DNA of 64,000 nucleotides from Leucoraja erinacea (lineage: Eukaryota): positions 21,514,001 to 21,578,000 of the forward strand of contig NC_073393.1 of NCBI RefSeq assembly GCF_028641065.1, read 5' to 3'. Made by a program: the position numbers and the translations under genes. The notes beneath the pieces were generated by a model. That model was not told the DNA's origin, did no database searches, and was given only the letters and a program-made list of their open reading frames with translations. This document shows positions 50,655 through 63,129 of this stretch, piece after piece. Position 1 is the first letter of the stretch; each line of letters begins with the position of its first letter.

Positions 50655-51935
50655 TGGCCTGGGCCCCATCCCCGACCTCTACCTCCGTTACATCGACGAC
50701 TGCTTTGGTGCCACCTCCTGCACCCACACACAACTGACTGACTTCATCCACTTCACCACCAACTTCCATCCGGCACGCAAATACACCTGGACTATTTCCG
50801 ACACTTCCCTACCATTCCGTGACCTCACTATCTCCATCGCAGGTGATAGACTTCTGACCGACATCCACCATAAACCTACTGACTCCCATGGCTATCTGGA
50901 CTACACTTCTTCCCACCCTGCTTCCTGTAAGGACTCCACCCCCTACTACCAATTCCTCCGTCTACGCCGCATCTGCTCCCAGGATGCGGCGTTCCACACC
51001 AGGGCATCTGAAATGTCCTAATTCTTCAGGGAACGGGGGTTCCCCTCCTCCACCATAGATGAGGCTCGCACCAGGGTCTCTTCCATACCCCGCAACACTG
51101 CTCTCTCTCCCCATCCCCGCACTCGCAACAAGGGCAGAGTCCCCCTAGTCCTCACCTTTCACCCCACCAGCCGTCACATACAACAAGTAATCCTCCGTCA
51201 GTTTCGCCATCTCCAAAGTGATCCCACCACTCGCCACATCTTCCCATCTCCCCCCATGTCTGTCTTCCGCAAAGACCGCTCCCTCCGTAACTCTCTTGCC
51301 AATTCTTCCCTTCCCTCCCGCACCACCCCGTCCCTGGGCACTTTCTGTTGCAACCGCAAGAGATACAACACCTGTCCCTTTACCTCCCCCCTCGACTCCA
51401 AGGACCCAAGTAGTCGTTCCAGGTGCGACAAAGGTTCACCTGTATCTCCTCCAACCTCATCTATTGCATCCGCTGCTCTAGATGTCAGCGGATCTACGTC
51501 GGTGAGACTAAGCGGAGGCTGGGCGATCGTTTCATCGAACACCTCAGCTCGGTCCACAAGAACCTACCTGACCTCCCGGTGGCTCAGCACTTCAACTCCC
51601 CCTCCCATTCCCCGTCCGACCTCTCTGTCCTGGGTCTCCTCCATGGCCAGAGTGAGCAACACCGGAAAATGGAGGAACAGCACCTCATATTCCGCTTGGG
51701 GAGTCTGCATCCTGCAGGCATGAACATTGAATTCTCCCAATTTTGTTAGCCCTTGCTGTCTCCTCCCATCCCTCAGCCCTCGGGCTCCTCCTCCACCTTT
51801 TTCCTTTCTTCTCCGCGCCAGCCCCCATCAGTCTGAAGAAGGGTTAAGAAGGGAAGCCCGAAACGTTGCCTATTTCCTTCGCTCCATAGATGCTGCTGCA
51901 CCCGCTGAGTTTCTCCAGCATTTTTGTGTACCTTC
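50655..51935 (+). mobile_element. Penelope-like retroelement, 5'-truncated (RT C-terminus + GIY-YIG endonuclease + pLTR)
   Basis: YLRYIDD, KPTDSHGYLDY.S.HP, and SSNLIYCIRCSRCQRIYVGETKRRLGDRFIEH. Contains a stop and frameshifts. Confidence 0.92.
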
Positions 51936-51943
51936 GAGCTGGG

Positions 51944-52157
51944 ATAGTTTAGTTTAGAGATACAGTGTGGAAACAGGCCCTTCAGCCCACCGAGTCCGTG
52001 CCGACCAGCAATTCCCGCACATTAACACTATCCGACACACACACAGGTCACGGGGAGAACGTACAAACTCTGTACAGATAGCACCCGTAGGTAGGATCGA
52101 ACCCGGGTCTCCGGCGTTGTAAAGCAGCAACTCTACAACTGCGCCACCGTGCCACTG
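51944..52157 (-). mobile_element. tRNA-derived SINE, internally deleted
   Basis: - strand reads GTGGCACGGTGGCGCAG (A box)...GGTTCGATCC (B box), with a CTAAA tail. Confidence 0.8.
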
Positions 52158-53299
52158 AGGCTTTTTTCCCCCCTGGAGCATTGGTGCACGAGGGAATTAC
52201 AAAATCAGGAGGAGCATAGCTAAGTTGAGTAATGACAGTTTTTTCCCCCTCAGGTCGGGCAGTCTAACAGTAAAAAAGCATACAAGGTGAGGGAGGAAAA
52301 TTTGAAGGAGCCCATTCACACCACAGGATAGTTGGAACATAAGCAGTTTGGAAATGTCTGAAAGATATTACAAGAATGAAATACTTGCATTTCTAATAAC
52401 TTTCTGCTGAGAACATAATGTCTTGGTCATGGAGACAAAAGATTCAATCCCAGAGTCTGCACAATTAAAGCCAAAGATCCTATAGCGGATCTTTGATTAA
52501 AGCAACCATTGAAAGCGGGGCTGTATAGTCCTGCTGTTGAGCAATGAGAGGAACATGCACTGTTTGTGCAGAAAGGATTCCATACCTGCCACTACTGCAA
52601 ACAGATTTTAAAGTAAATGACTGCATCACAAAAGATCCATCACAGGGCAGTAATAATGTGCTGTGGACGTTTTCCTTAATAGTGTGTGAATGCAACTGCC
52701 AATGAAGAAGCTAGGCACATAGTTGAAAGCTGTCCCAAATGCTTTACTATCATTTCACCCACATCAGTAATTGGATTACTCATTCCATTGTTATTTGTAA
52801 ACTGTTTATTTGGCCTCTGTTTCAAAATTAAACAACAAACCAGGCTACACAGCCCAACAGTTTTAGCTCATTGTTTCTGCCCCAGAGCTTCCACCCACGT
52901 CAACAAACCCTGCATCTATCTTCCTGTTCACCAATCTTGATTGCCCATAAATGGGTTATGTTTGTCTCCTTTATGATCCAGGGTGTGCATAAGCACAAAA
53001 CCTACTAAATTTTGTCTAATTATTTTAATGACTCATTTACAGCCCACTATCTTATTTATTCTGTCCAACCCATTCATGGAACAGGCACCTTGGCTATATG
53101 TCTGTTGACCATGCTAAATTAAACTAATCTCTCTTGCCTGTGTGTTTCATATCCCTCCATTCTCAGCCTAATTGTGTACAATTCCCATACACAGCTACCA
53201 CGTCTGCATCCAACTCTAGCAGCACATTCGAGGCACCTACTGCAATTAAAAAAACTTGCTCCACATCACCTGGCAGCACAGACCCAGGTTCAATCCTAA

Positions 53300-53848
53300 C
53301 TACGTCTGCTCATATGTCAGGATGTTATTCATTGATTACAGCTCGGCATTTAATACAATCATCCCCTCCAAGCTGGTTATCAAACTCTCAAAACTGGGTC
53401 TCTGCGCATCCCTCTGCAATTGGATCATCGACTTCTTCATTCACAGACCACAGACGGTTCGAATTGGTGGAAAAGTGTCAGCCTCGATAACAATCAGCTC
53501 AGGAGCACCTCAAGGCTGTGTGCTCAGCCCCCTGCTGTACTCACTATACTCATGACTGTAGGCGGTCATAGTGCGAACTCCATCATCAAGTTTGCTGACG
53601 ACACACACGCTCTGCACAGTAGAGCATGCTGACCAGTTGCATCGTGGCTTGGTTCGGCAACTTGAGTGCCCAGGAACGAAAAAGAGTACAAAAAGAAGTA
53701 AACACTGCCCCAGTCCATCATTGGCTCTGACCTCCCTACCATCGAGGGGATCTATCGCAGTTGCTGCCTCAAAAAGGCTGGTAGCATCATCAAGGACCCA
53801 CATCATCTTAGCCGCACACTCATCTCTCCGCTACCTTCAGGTAGAAGG
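53300..53848 (+). mobile_element. Rex1/Babar-like LINE fragment
   Basis: [34 protein letters not shown] and KFADDT motifs. Confidence 0.85.
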
Positions 53849-54849
53849 CAAAGATTTTATAGCATAGCAAGATGGCCTACTCTCACGCAAACGCGTAGTA
53901 CGGTCATGGGCAGATTTATTGATGATTATAGGACCCATTTTAGCAACCAGCCTCCTCCATCTTGCTTCTGGCGAAAGATCAGATCTTCGCTTTGGTCTTT
54001 GACTTGGGCGGGGAGAGGGGGTGCACGGCCCGGGGCAGCGGGGAGAGGGGGTGCGCGGCCCGGGGCAACGTGGTGTGTGGCCCGGGGCAGCGGGGAGAGG
54101 CGGTGTGCGGCCCAGGGAGAGGGGCATAGGAGGGGGGGAGATATTGTAGTGTGGGGGGAGTGCCAGGGCGGGAGGAGAGAGTTGAGGGGTGGGATAGGGC
54201 GTAGTGTGTGTGAAGTTGCGGGGAGGTTTACAATGTTTATTATTTAATGTCCTTTGTCTAGTCTGAAATAAAGTTCATCATTGGATATGAAAATCAGAAG
54301 AAATATAATTGTGTGTGTTATATGATTATATACATCTATATCACATTCATGTATGTGTATTCTTTCCAGCACAATCTAGTCAGTTGTATGCTCATGGAAT
54401 AAAACCATCCTTAAGTTATACATCTTTTGTAAATCTTGCTCAAAACAAAGTTAATTTTGTGAAATTCTTCAATTAGATAACCCCACAGGCAGATCTCATT
54501 CCACTCTCTGGCTATTGGGAAGACCAGACCCCTTTTTATTTGTGGAGAAACAACTCCATAGAAAATAGAAAATAAGCACAAAAACATTAAGTAACATTCC
54601 AGGGCTAGAGCAACTGGAATCTTCATATTGCTATTATTTTCCCAAATACTGCAGATGTGAACAGTGTGATTACATTCATGTGATTAGATGAATGAATTAC
54701 AGAGTGCAAGTGTAATACAAAATCAACTCAAACACAGCCTATGAACCATTTAAAAAGAAATGATTTAAAAAACATTAAAAAAGACAATTACCAGAGTCAA
54801 ATTTTATTCTTGACAAGAATTAACAGAAGTGTGAACTAACAGAATTACA

Positions 54850-55028
54850 CCAAAGATCCTATAGCTCTGCTATAAGATCTTTGGATTACACTGCGAGTCG
54901 GGTCGGGTAGGTTCCGGTTACTAAAATGGGCGGGGAAAAATGCCCAGGATCCCCTCCGTAGCGTATTACACGTCAGCCCATTGCATTTCGCAGGAGTAGC
55001 CCATCTTGCTCCGCTATAGGATCTTTGG
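54850..55028. mobile_element. Small MITE with self-palindromic termini
   Basis: CCAAAGATCCTATAGC...GCTATAGGATCTTTGG. A collapsed copy lies at about 52471-52496. Confidence 0.6.
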
Positions 55029-57459
55029 TAAAAGGTACAGGAGCCTGAAGACTGCAACGTCCAGTTTCAGAAACAGCTTCTTCTCCACAGCCATCAGGCT
55101 ATTGAACTCAACTCAAACAAAACATTAATAGCCCATTATCAGTTTATTTGCACTTCATCTGTTATAGAAACATAGAAATTAGGTGCAGGAGTAGGCCATT
55201 CGGCCCTTCGAGCCTGCACCGCCATTCAATATGATCATGGCTGATCATCCAACTCAGTAAACAGCTTCTTCTCCACAACCATCAGGCTATTTAGGTTATA
55301 TTTATTCATGTGTGTATATATTTATACAATGGTATATGGACACACTCATCTGTCCTGTATTCATGCCTTCTATATTCTCTATATTCTGTTGTGCTGAAGC
55401 AAAGTAAGAATTTGATTGTCTTATCTGGGACACATGACAATAAACCCTCTTGACTGTGGAGTTTGCATGTTCTCCCTGTGACTTTGTTGGTTTTCTCAGG
55501 TACTTGTTTCCCCCAACATTCTAAAGACATGCAGGTTTGTAGGTTACTTGGTTTCTGTAAATTGTCCCTACTGTGCAGGATAGAACTAGTGTACGGGTGA
55601 TCACTGGTTAGCACAGACTCAGTGGGCCTGCTCCCATGCTGTATCTCTGAACTAAACTATTAAACCTCAATCCCTAAAGCTCGGTCTTCTAGCCCTGGGG
55701 ATAAAACTTTTGACTAATGCTATTTGCACAAGAAGCCATCCTTTCCCACTATATCCAACAGGGCATTTCATTGAGAAGGCAGGCAGGCAGTGCAGCAGTC
55801 TCTTATGGCCAGCTGCCTGCAGTCACCTGCCATCTGGCTGATCTTTTGGTGTAAAACTGCTTTCTATAACCCTCTCCTATATGCATATGCTACTCCAAAC
55901 TGATCCATGTGGTCTGAGGAGCTGCAGTTGGACAATTGCTTGTGCTGTCAGGACATAACTGATGATTTCCCACATCTGACGTGTAGGAAGTCAGTTCACT
56001 GCCATAACTGCTCTCTTAATATATGCACTTAAAAATCAATCTAATAGACTCATGGGAAATAAACCTTAAACATCTAACCTTGTCTTTGCTTTGTTTCTGC
56101 ATGCACTCTCCTAAGCTTGCACTTTGACCTACGAGCAGCACTCTGCAATGAACGCTCTACTGCAGCTAAACTCCATTGTACTTGTTGCTAGGCCTGAAAA
56201 TAATTAGGTTTCTTTTTATGAAGAAGGGTTTTGATCCAAAATATCACCTATTCCCTTTCTCCAGAGATGATGCCTGACCCGCTGAGTTTTACTCCAGCAT
56301 TTTGTATCTCTTCCCTTCTATTTCTTTTTCCCTTTCAAAGGCCAGTTTATTGTCACATGTATCAATTAAGGTACAGTAAAACTCGAATTACCATACAGCC
56401 ATACAAAAAATAAGCAACAAGACATACAACTACACAAAAGTTAACATAAACATCCACCACAGCAGATTCCCCACATTCCTCAGTGATGGAAGGCAATAAA
56501 GTCCAATCTACTTCCTCTTTATTCTCCTGCAGTTGAGGCAGTCGAACCATCGCAGTCGGGGCGATTGAAGCTCTCTTATCAGAGTGGTCGAAGCTCCTGC
56601 GGGTTGGAGCTCCCGAAGTCGGTCTCTAACCAGGGGCCTCGAGCGCCACGATGTTAAAGTCCACAGGCTCCCACGGTTGGAGCTCAGAGGTCGATCCCTG
56701 ACAGGGATCCAATGCTCCGCAATGGTAAGTCCTGCAGACTGCCTGAAGCCTGTTGGAGCTGCTGAAGTTTGGCTGCAGCAAATGCCACCAACTCATTGAT
56801 GTTAGGTCGCAGTGTGGATGGAGATACAATGCGGATCTCCTTTGAGACAAGAGATTTAAAATGGTTTTCCCCCCAACCCCCACATAAAACAAGCTAAAGA
56901 ACACTAAAACATACCTTTAACACATACTTTAAAAAAAAGGAAGGGACAAACAGACTGTTGGCGAAGCAGCCTTTGCTGGCACCACCCCATGGTGCAATCA
57001 AGCCTCAGATTGGACAGTACCAGAGTGCAGAGAAGATTTGAGGATGTTGAGCAGGCTAGGATTTTATTCCTTGGAATGCAGGAGGCTGAGGGGTAATCTT
57101 GCGAGGTGTATAAGATCACAAGAGGATTTAAAACGATGGCAGGTATATGGAACAGACTGCCAGGAGGCAGTTGAGGCATAGTAAAGGTTTGGAGGGATAT
57201 GGGCCAAAACACAGGTTGGCAAGACTAGTGTAGATGGGACAAGTTTGTTAGTATGGACGTTGGGCTGAAGGGCCTGTTTCCATGTTGTACTACTATGAAA
57301 TGCCTTACACTTGCTACAATTTGAGCTTGCCCTATCATTCAATATGACCAACCCACTATCTCAAAGCCATTTTCCTTTCTCCCCATTTTTCAATGTTAAC
57401 TAATATTTTCAGTAGTGTCTGTCAAATAAAAAGCACCAAAACCAGGACAAGTATGATAT

Positions 57460-57465
57460 TTTATT
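57460..57465 (-). terminator. Polyadenylation signal of the BASP1-like gene
   Basis: AATAAA on the - strand about 440 nt after the stop, followed by GT/T-rich sequence (GTCCTGGTTTTGGTGCTTTTT). Confidence 0.65.
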
Positions 57466-57904
57466 AAGTTGTCAAAGCTCCCAAAATTTTAAAACCCTCA
57501 TAATGCAATTAACAATTGACCTCAAAGCATATTAGGAAAATTGAAGACTAAATTTAGAAGATAGAGTTCGTGTTCAGAACAAACCTCAGATTACATGCCT
57601 TTAAAAATACTACTAATACTTGACATATTGCATACTGGAAACTATGGCATAAGGCAGAGTCTCAATTTCTATTTTTTGGTTCGTTCATTAAGTAAAATAA
57701 ACCTCAGGAGAAGATTGTGGAACTAGTCAAGATTGTTCATAAACTGCAAGTTGATTCACTATTGTCTGCAGCACAAGCTTGGAGTTTCCTTCCTAAATCA
57801 AACTCAGGCACTAGCTGGTTTGAACGTCCAAATTCCAATCTTCCGCCACCTGTACATTATTTTGGATCTTTAACCTCAGCACGAGCCTCTGCTTCTGACA
57901 AGCG

Positions 57905-59806
57905 TCATTCAACATTCACATCTAGTGGTCCCGAATGGAGAGTTTGGTTATCCGAATCAAGATAAGATTCCTCTGGAGAAAGATTTTCAATCACCTTTTC
58001 AATGCCTTTACTAACTATTGGTTCCAAGCTGCTGGCTTGCAGACTTTCAACTTCACCAGTGATACTCTGTTCATCGTCCACTGTGCTGTGGTTTCTCAGT
58101 TCACCTTCCAGAGTAGTTCCATTTATAACAGAGATTTCTGGGTGGTCATCTTCAGTTTTGCTGGTGATGGATTCATTTAGTTTGCTATCATCTACAAAAA
58201 CTGTAGAGTTCTCTGTGGAACTATTTTTTTCAGCAGTTACTTTGGTCGAAACATCTTCAAGGTGTGCTGGGTTTTCTGGTGCAGGATCCTCTGAAGTTTC
58301 CAGTTTTATAATTTCTTGATCCAAACATTCACGATTTTCTGGTGCTACTTCAACTGAATGCAACAGCGATTCATTCTCCTCCAGCACTTCATCTGGTGGT
58401 TGTGGATTAATATTAGCATCAACTGCTTCATCTCCAAATGCTAACTGTGCATCACTCTTAATTTCTTCCTCCTGTAAACCTTCACCATACACAGTCAGTT
58501 TAATATCTGGTATTAGTTCAGAGTTGGTCTTTAGCAAGGATATTTCTATGCTATCTTGGCAGCTAACTGGTTCCACTGTCTGTTCATAGTTGGTTTCAGT
58601 CATCTCTGTGCCCAGACAAGTATTTTCAGGACCAGATTCTCCAACCAATGGATCAGCTTGGACTGCATCTGTCACACCGCAAGAGTCCATCTGTGCCATG
58701 TCTACAGCTACATTTCCAGATCCCTTCAATGACTGGCCGTGATCCTCAAACTCAGCAACATTGCCATCTGCAAGAGCCAAGTTATCCTGCACACAGTCAG
58801 ACTGCTCACCAGATTCGAGTGTATTTTGGGCCATAGAATTTTGTTGTTCAATTACTTCTCCCCAAGCTTCATCTTGAGTGCTTGGTTTAGTCACATCTTT
58901 CTCCAGATCCGCACACAGGGCCACTTCATTCTTTAGCACAACATCAATAGGTGTTTCTTCAATTATTGCTCCCAAATTTGGTTCTTCGTCTTCCTTGGAG
59001 AAGTCACATTTAACTGGAGATTCAGGCAGTGTCTCCTGGATGGATGATTCCATTTCTTTTGGAGCAGGTGCCAGAGGTGTCTCGTGACTGACAGGCAAAG
59101 ACATTGCAGTGTGCAATACCTCTGCAGAAACCACTTCAACAATTTTGTCAGCATCTGCTTGAACACTGAGGTTGCCAGAGGAGTTTCCTTCTAGATGCTC
59201 ATCAAGGATTGGAGCAGCTTGTTCATCTAAGCTCGATTTCCCAGTTGAAGGGTCTTTGACAATGTTAGTCACACCTTCACCTGCATCCAAATTTGATTTT
59301 AGAGTCTCTCCACCTGGAAGTTCTTTGGTCTCAGGTTCAGTTTTACTTGACATGGACTCATCTGGAACTTCATCCGCTGAGGTAGTCTCTGGGACAGCAT
59401 TGGATTTCACATCAGCCTCTGTTGATCGACAGTGTTCTTCCCGGTCAGGCATTTCCTTTGTTGTTTCAACCAAACTGGCAGGCGTTACATTCTCTTGTGT
59501 TTCAGAACCTTGTGCAAGTTCAGTGGAGGCACTCCCTACCTCTGCATTGACACCCCTTTCTGTAGCTTCAACATCCGCTGTCACCAAAGTAGTTTGTTTT
59601 TCTCCAGGTTTTTCATCTACTTTTTTTAGAGCTTCACCGCCTGCTTGTAACTCACTTGATGCTTTAAATTGGTCCTTTGATGCACCTTTGTTCTCAGGCT
59701 CATTGTGTTTTACTTCAGGCTTTTCAGTGGACTCTGTTGCACTCTTGTTCTCCTTGGGCTCACTCACATTATAGCCTCTACGCTTTCGGCCAAGTCTGCC
59801 ACCCAT
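57905..59806 (-). CDS. BASP1-like acidic, probably disordered and N-myristoylated protein, 633 aa, single coding exon
   Basis: Long non-repeat ORF with strong Kozak context (AGCATGG). Splice acceptor ctttccacttgcag 8 nt upstream. N-terminus MGGRLGRKRRGYNV vs BASP1 MGGKLSKKKKGYNV. E/D/S/T/P-rich body. Confidence 0.85.
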   Translation of the reverse strand: MGGRLGRKRRGYNVSEPKENKSATESTEKPEVKHNEPENKGASKDQFKASSELQAGGEALKKVDEKPGEKQTTLVTADVEATERGVNAEVGSASTELAQGSETQENVTPASLVETTKEMPDREEHCRSTEADVKSNAVPETTSADEVPDESMSSKTEPETKELPGGETLKSNLDAGEGVTNIVKDPSTGKSSLDEQAAPILDEHLEGNSSGNLSVQADADKIVEVVSAEVLHTAMSLPVSHETPLAPAPKEMESSIQETLPESPVKCDFSKEDEEPNLGAIIEETPIDVVLKNEVALCADLEKDVTKPSTQDEAWGEVIEQQNSMAQNTLESGEQSDCVQDNLALADGNVAEFEDHGQSLKGSGNVAVDMAQMDSCGVTDAVQADPLVGESGPENTCLGTEMTETNYEQTVEPVSCQDSIEISLLKTNSELIPDIKLTVYGEGLQEEEIKSDAQLAFGDEAVDANINPQPPDEVLEENESLLHSVEVAPENRECLDQEIIKLETSEDPAPENPAHLEDVSTKVTAEKNSSTENSTVFVDDSKLNESITSKTEDDHPEISVINGTTLEGELRNHSTVDDEQSITGEVESLQASSLEPIVSKGIEKVIENLSPEESYLDSDNQTLHSGPLDVNVE

Positions 59807-62800
59807 GCTGTTAACTGCAAGTGGAAAGTGAGATTAAGCTAGGTGGTAATGAGTGGGCAAGTTCAAACAAATATAAAGCACAAGAAATATTTTCATTCCA
59901 AGCAAACACAAGATTAATGCGTTAAAACATTTGCAAACTCAAATGACCCCCTCCAACTCGAGCTGCCCAGTATTCTAATATTGGTCGTTACAGAGGCAGC
60001 TTTAAACGCATAATTTTAGAGGATATCTCCAACCCTACTCAGCCACCAAACCCAAGCACGATCAGTTGAAGGTTGACCCTTCATTTTACAGTAGTTTGAA
60101 AATCAGATTCATATCCTGCTCCCACCAGCTTAAATTTGCTTTGTCCAAACCCGACTCATCCACCTTTTCATTTGCAATGAAATGCCACCAAATCAAAATG
60201 GTCAGATGTTTCTGCTTTGAGAGTATTCTACCATTTGTGGACACTTGGTGTTTGACTCACTCACTTATACATGTACCAAGTGGCATAGGAAGTGCTGTAC
60301 TATGCTGCAATTGTGTAAATTGGAATACAAAATATGCCTCATTATACCCAGAGCAAGACTGACAGGAGCCCAATTTCTACCGAGGCACATTACGACATCT
60401 CACTTACCATCACACGTGGTTAGTGTCACTTTCTCCCCAACCACATTCATTTAACCAGACGCTCAGATTTCCAACTTTGCCTGGTTTCAGACAGGTGGAA
60501 TGTACAGTGTCTCTCCAAAGTGAACAGCAAACCGCCTCTTCCACCCCCACCCCCGATTCTGCTCGACCCACCGAGTTCCTCCAACAAATCAGAATGCACA
60601 ATAGTTGATCAGAATGCAGATGTAATTAACCAAACCAATGCAAATTCTACCAAGGACAGCCAAACGATGTTGGGATGTCATGTTACAGCTGTGTAGAATA
60701 TCGGTGAAGCACACTTGCCCCTCTGTAGTTCTAGTCACCTCACGTAGTAGGTGACTAGAACTAGTTAAGTTGGAAAGGTACAGAAAACATTCGCAAAGAT
60801 GTAGGACAGGAAATCTTCAGTTTCAAGGAGAGGTTGGAGCCTTTTCACCTCTGGAATGTTGGAGATAATCAAAGATGTATACAAATGCTGTTGGGTGTAG
60901 ATAAATGTACAGGGTACATGGATTGGAAAAGCAGAGGATATGATACAAACTTAGATAAATGAGACCAGCTCAGACTGGCAACTTGGTCATCATGGACAAA
61001 TTAGACTGAAAGATCCATTTCAATGCTGCATGACTGATTGTTACACAAAAACAGACAATATCCAGCCAACTCATCATGCCCTGATATCATTTTGCACGTC
61101 ATCATTGCTTGTTCATGCAAAGTTGAAGAGCTTACTATTCAATGAGTGAAGGTCAACATACCATTACTAGCTTGTTACACCTGCATGTTTGCTTTCTGTG
61201 ACCGATGTACAAGGACATTATATCCTTTGTACATTAACATTTCCTAATCTAACACTATTTAAATATGTGTTTTTTGTTCTCCCTGCCATGCGACTGAGCT
61301 ACATTCATCCACAACACTTCAGCCACAGGGTGGCTCCGTGATAGAGTTGCCGTCATTCCAACGTGTTGGAGCTCATGTGTACAGACTCCACTCACTACAC
61401 CAGTGTCCTTGTCCAACAGAGAAGGATTTGAACTTGAACATAATGCAAGAGGGGGGGGATGCAGAGGACTTATTTGGAGGTAGACAATAGAGATCTTTGA
61501 ACTCAAAATTCAGTACATCTTGCACTAAATGTTGTATCCTTCAACTGTGCCCTCTGGACAGCTTGATTGCATTCCTGTATAGGCTTTTCTTTGACTGGAT
61601 AACACACAAACAAAAACTTTTCACTGTACCTCAGTACATGTGACAATAATTACAGCCTTGTCCACACTGACCAAGTTGGCATACTGGGCTAGTCCCATTT
61701 GCCTCAGACCTCTAAGCCCTCCCTATCCATATATTTGTCCAAATAACTTTTAAAAGTGTAATTGTATCCATTTACATAGCATTTGGGTGCTGTAGAACCA
61801 TGACCCAAGCTCACCCTTTGCCCTGCTCACTCGCCCTATAGTCACGAAATCAGCCAGGACACCAGTCTGAAGAAAGATCCCTACTCAAAACGTCACCTGG
61901 CCATGTTCTCCAGAGATGCTGCCTGGCCTGCTGTGTTACTCCAGCACTTTGTGCATGTTTTTGGAAATCAGCTTCTGCAGTTCCTTGTTTCTACACTTGG
62001 GGTTTAGAGTTTGCTGAACTGGAGGGATTTGTTATTTCGTGCCAATCAAATCTTTCCTGTCAGTCTGTAGAAGGGTCCCAACCCGTAACGCCGACGCCCA
62101 TCGCTCCACAGATGCTGTCTGACCCACCGAGCTGCCCTAGCACTTGTCTCTTGTCTAGCACCTGCAGATTCTTGGTTTCCAAATTGTTCTACCCGTTTAA
62201 ATCTGTAAGTGTTCCTCCGCTAAGACTATTAATGCACGATGCTGCATTCTACACGAAAGCAACAATCTCAAAACCGGTTCCATTATTTATTCAGTATTGA
62301 GTTACCTTTCGCAGAAACACTATAGATATCAGATATTCCCCAAGTGTTGCTCAGCGGGCCAGGCAGCATCTCCTGGAGAGATGCCCTTCTTTTCAGAAGA
62401 GAAACAAAGAATTGCAGGTAGACAAAAATGCTGGAGAAACTCAGCAGGTGAGGCAGCAACTGTATGCTACCTCGCCCGCTGAGTTTCTCCAGCATTTTTG
62501 TCTACCTTCGATTTTACAGCATCTGCAGTTCCTTCTTAAACAAAGAATTGCAGGTGTTGGTTTATACCAAATTTAGACACAAAGTACTGGAGTAACTCAG
62601 CGGGTCAGGCGGCAACTCTGGAGAACATGACTCGGTGGCATTTCAGATCGGGACCTTTCTCCAGACTGCAGAAAGGAAACTCATCCATGTTCTCCAGAAA
62701 GGCTGCCTGCCCCGCCGAGTTATCACGGCGCTGTGTGATTTGCAAGATTCCACCTGCAGTTCCTCGCATCTACCGATAAGGACACGGAAAGGCAACGTTT

Positions 62801-63129
62801 CCTATACAAAAGGTTGGCTTGTTAATTCCCTCCACATATGCTGCCTGACACCCGAATTCCCCCTGACTTCCTCAAGATACCAGCATCTGCAGTTCCTGCT
62901 GTCTCTACCTCCCTCCAAGACTACCTCCCTTCTTTCTACCCGAGGTTCCTGATCCTCGTACACCCCCTCCCTCCCCTCCCCACCCCCACCGGCGTTAGCA
63001 AGGCTCGACTAATCCGCCGACGGACAAGCCACGACTTGCCAAACCCAGGCGGAGGGGTTCACCGCGAACATGGGCCATATGAGCGACCGTGAAGCTGGTT
63101 CTGGTTCTAGTTCGTTAGAGGAAGTGGAG

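Noticed and set aside
53906-54247. GC-rich ORF with GCCCGGGGCAGCGGGGAGAGG tandem units
   Set aside because: Low-complexity minisatellite inside a repeat. No splice or homology support.
59172-59774. 200-aa + strand ORF and other ORFs overlapping 57905-59806
   Set aside because: Antisense shadows of the acidic BASP1-like CDS with no independent signals.
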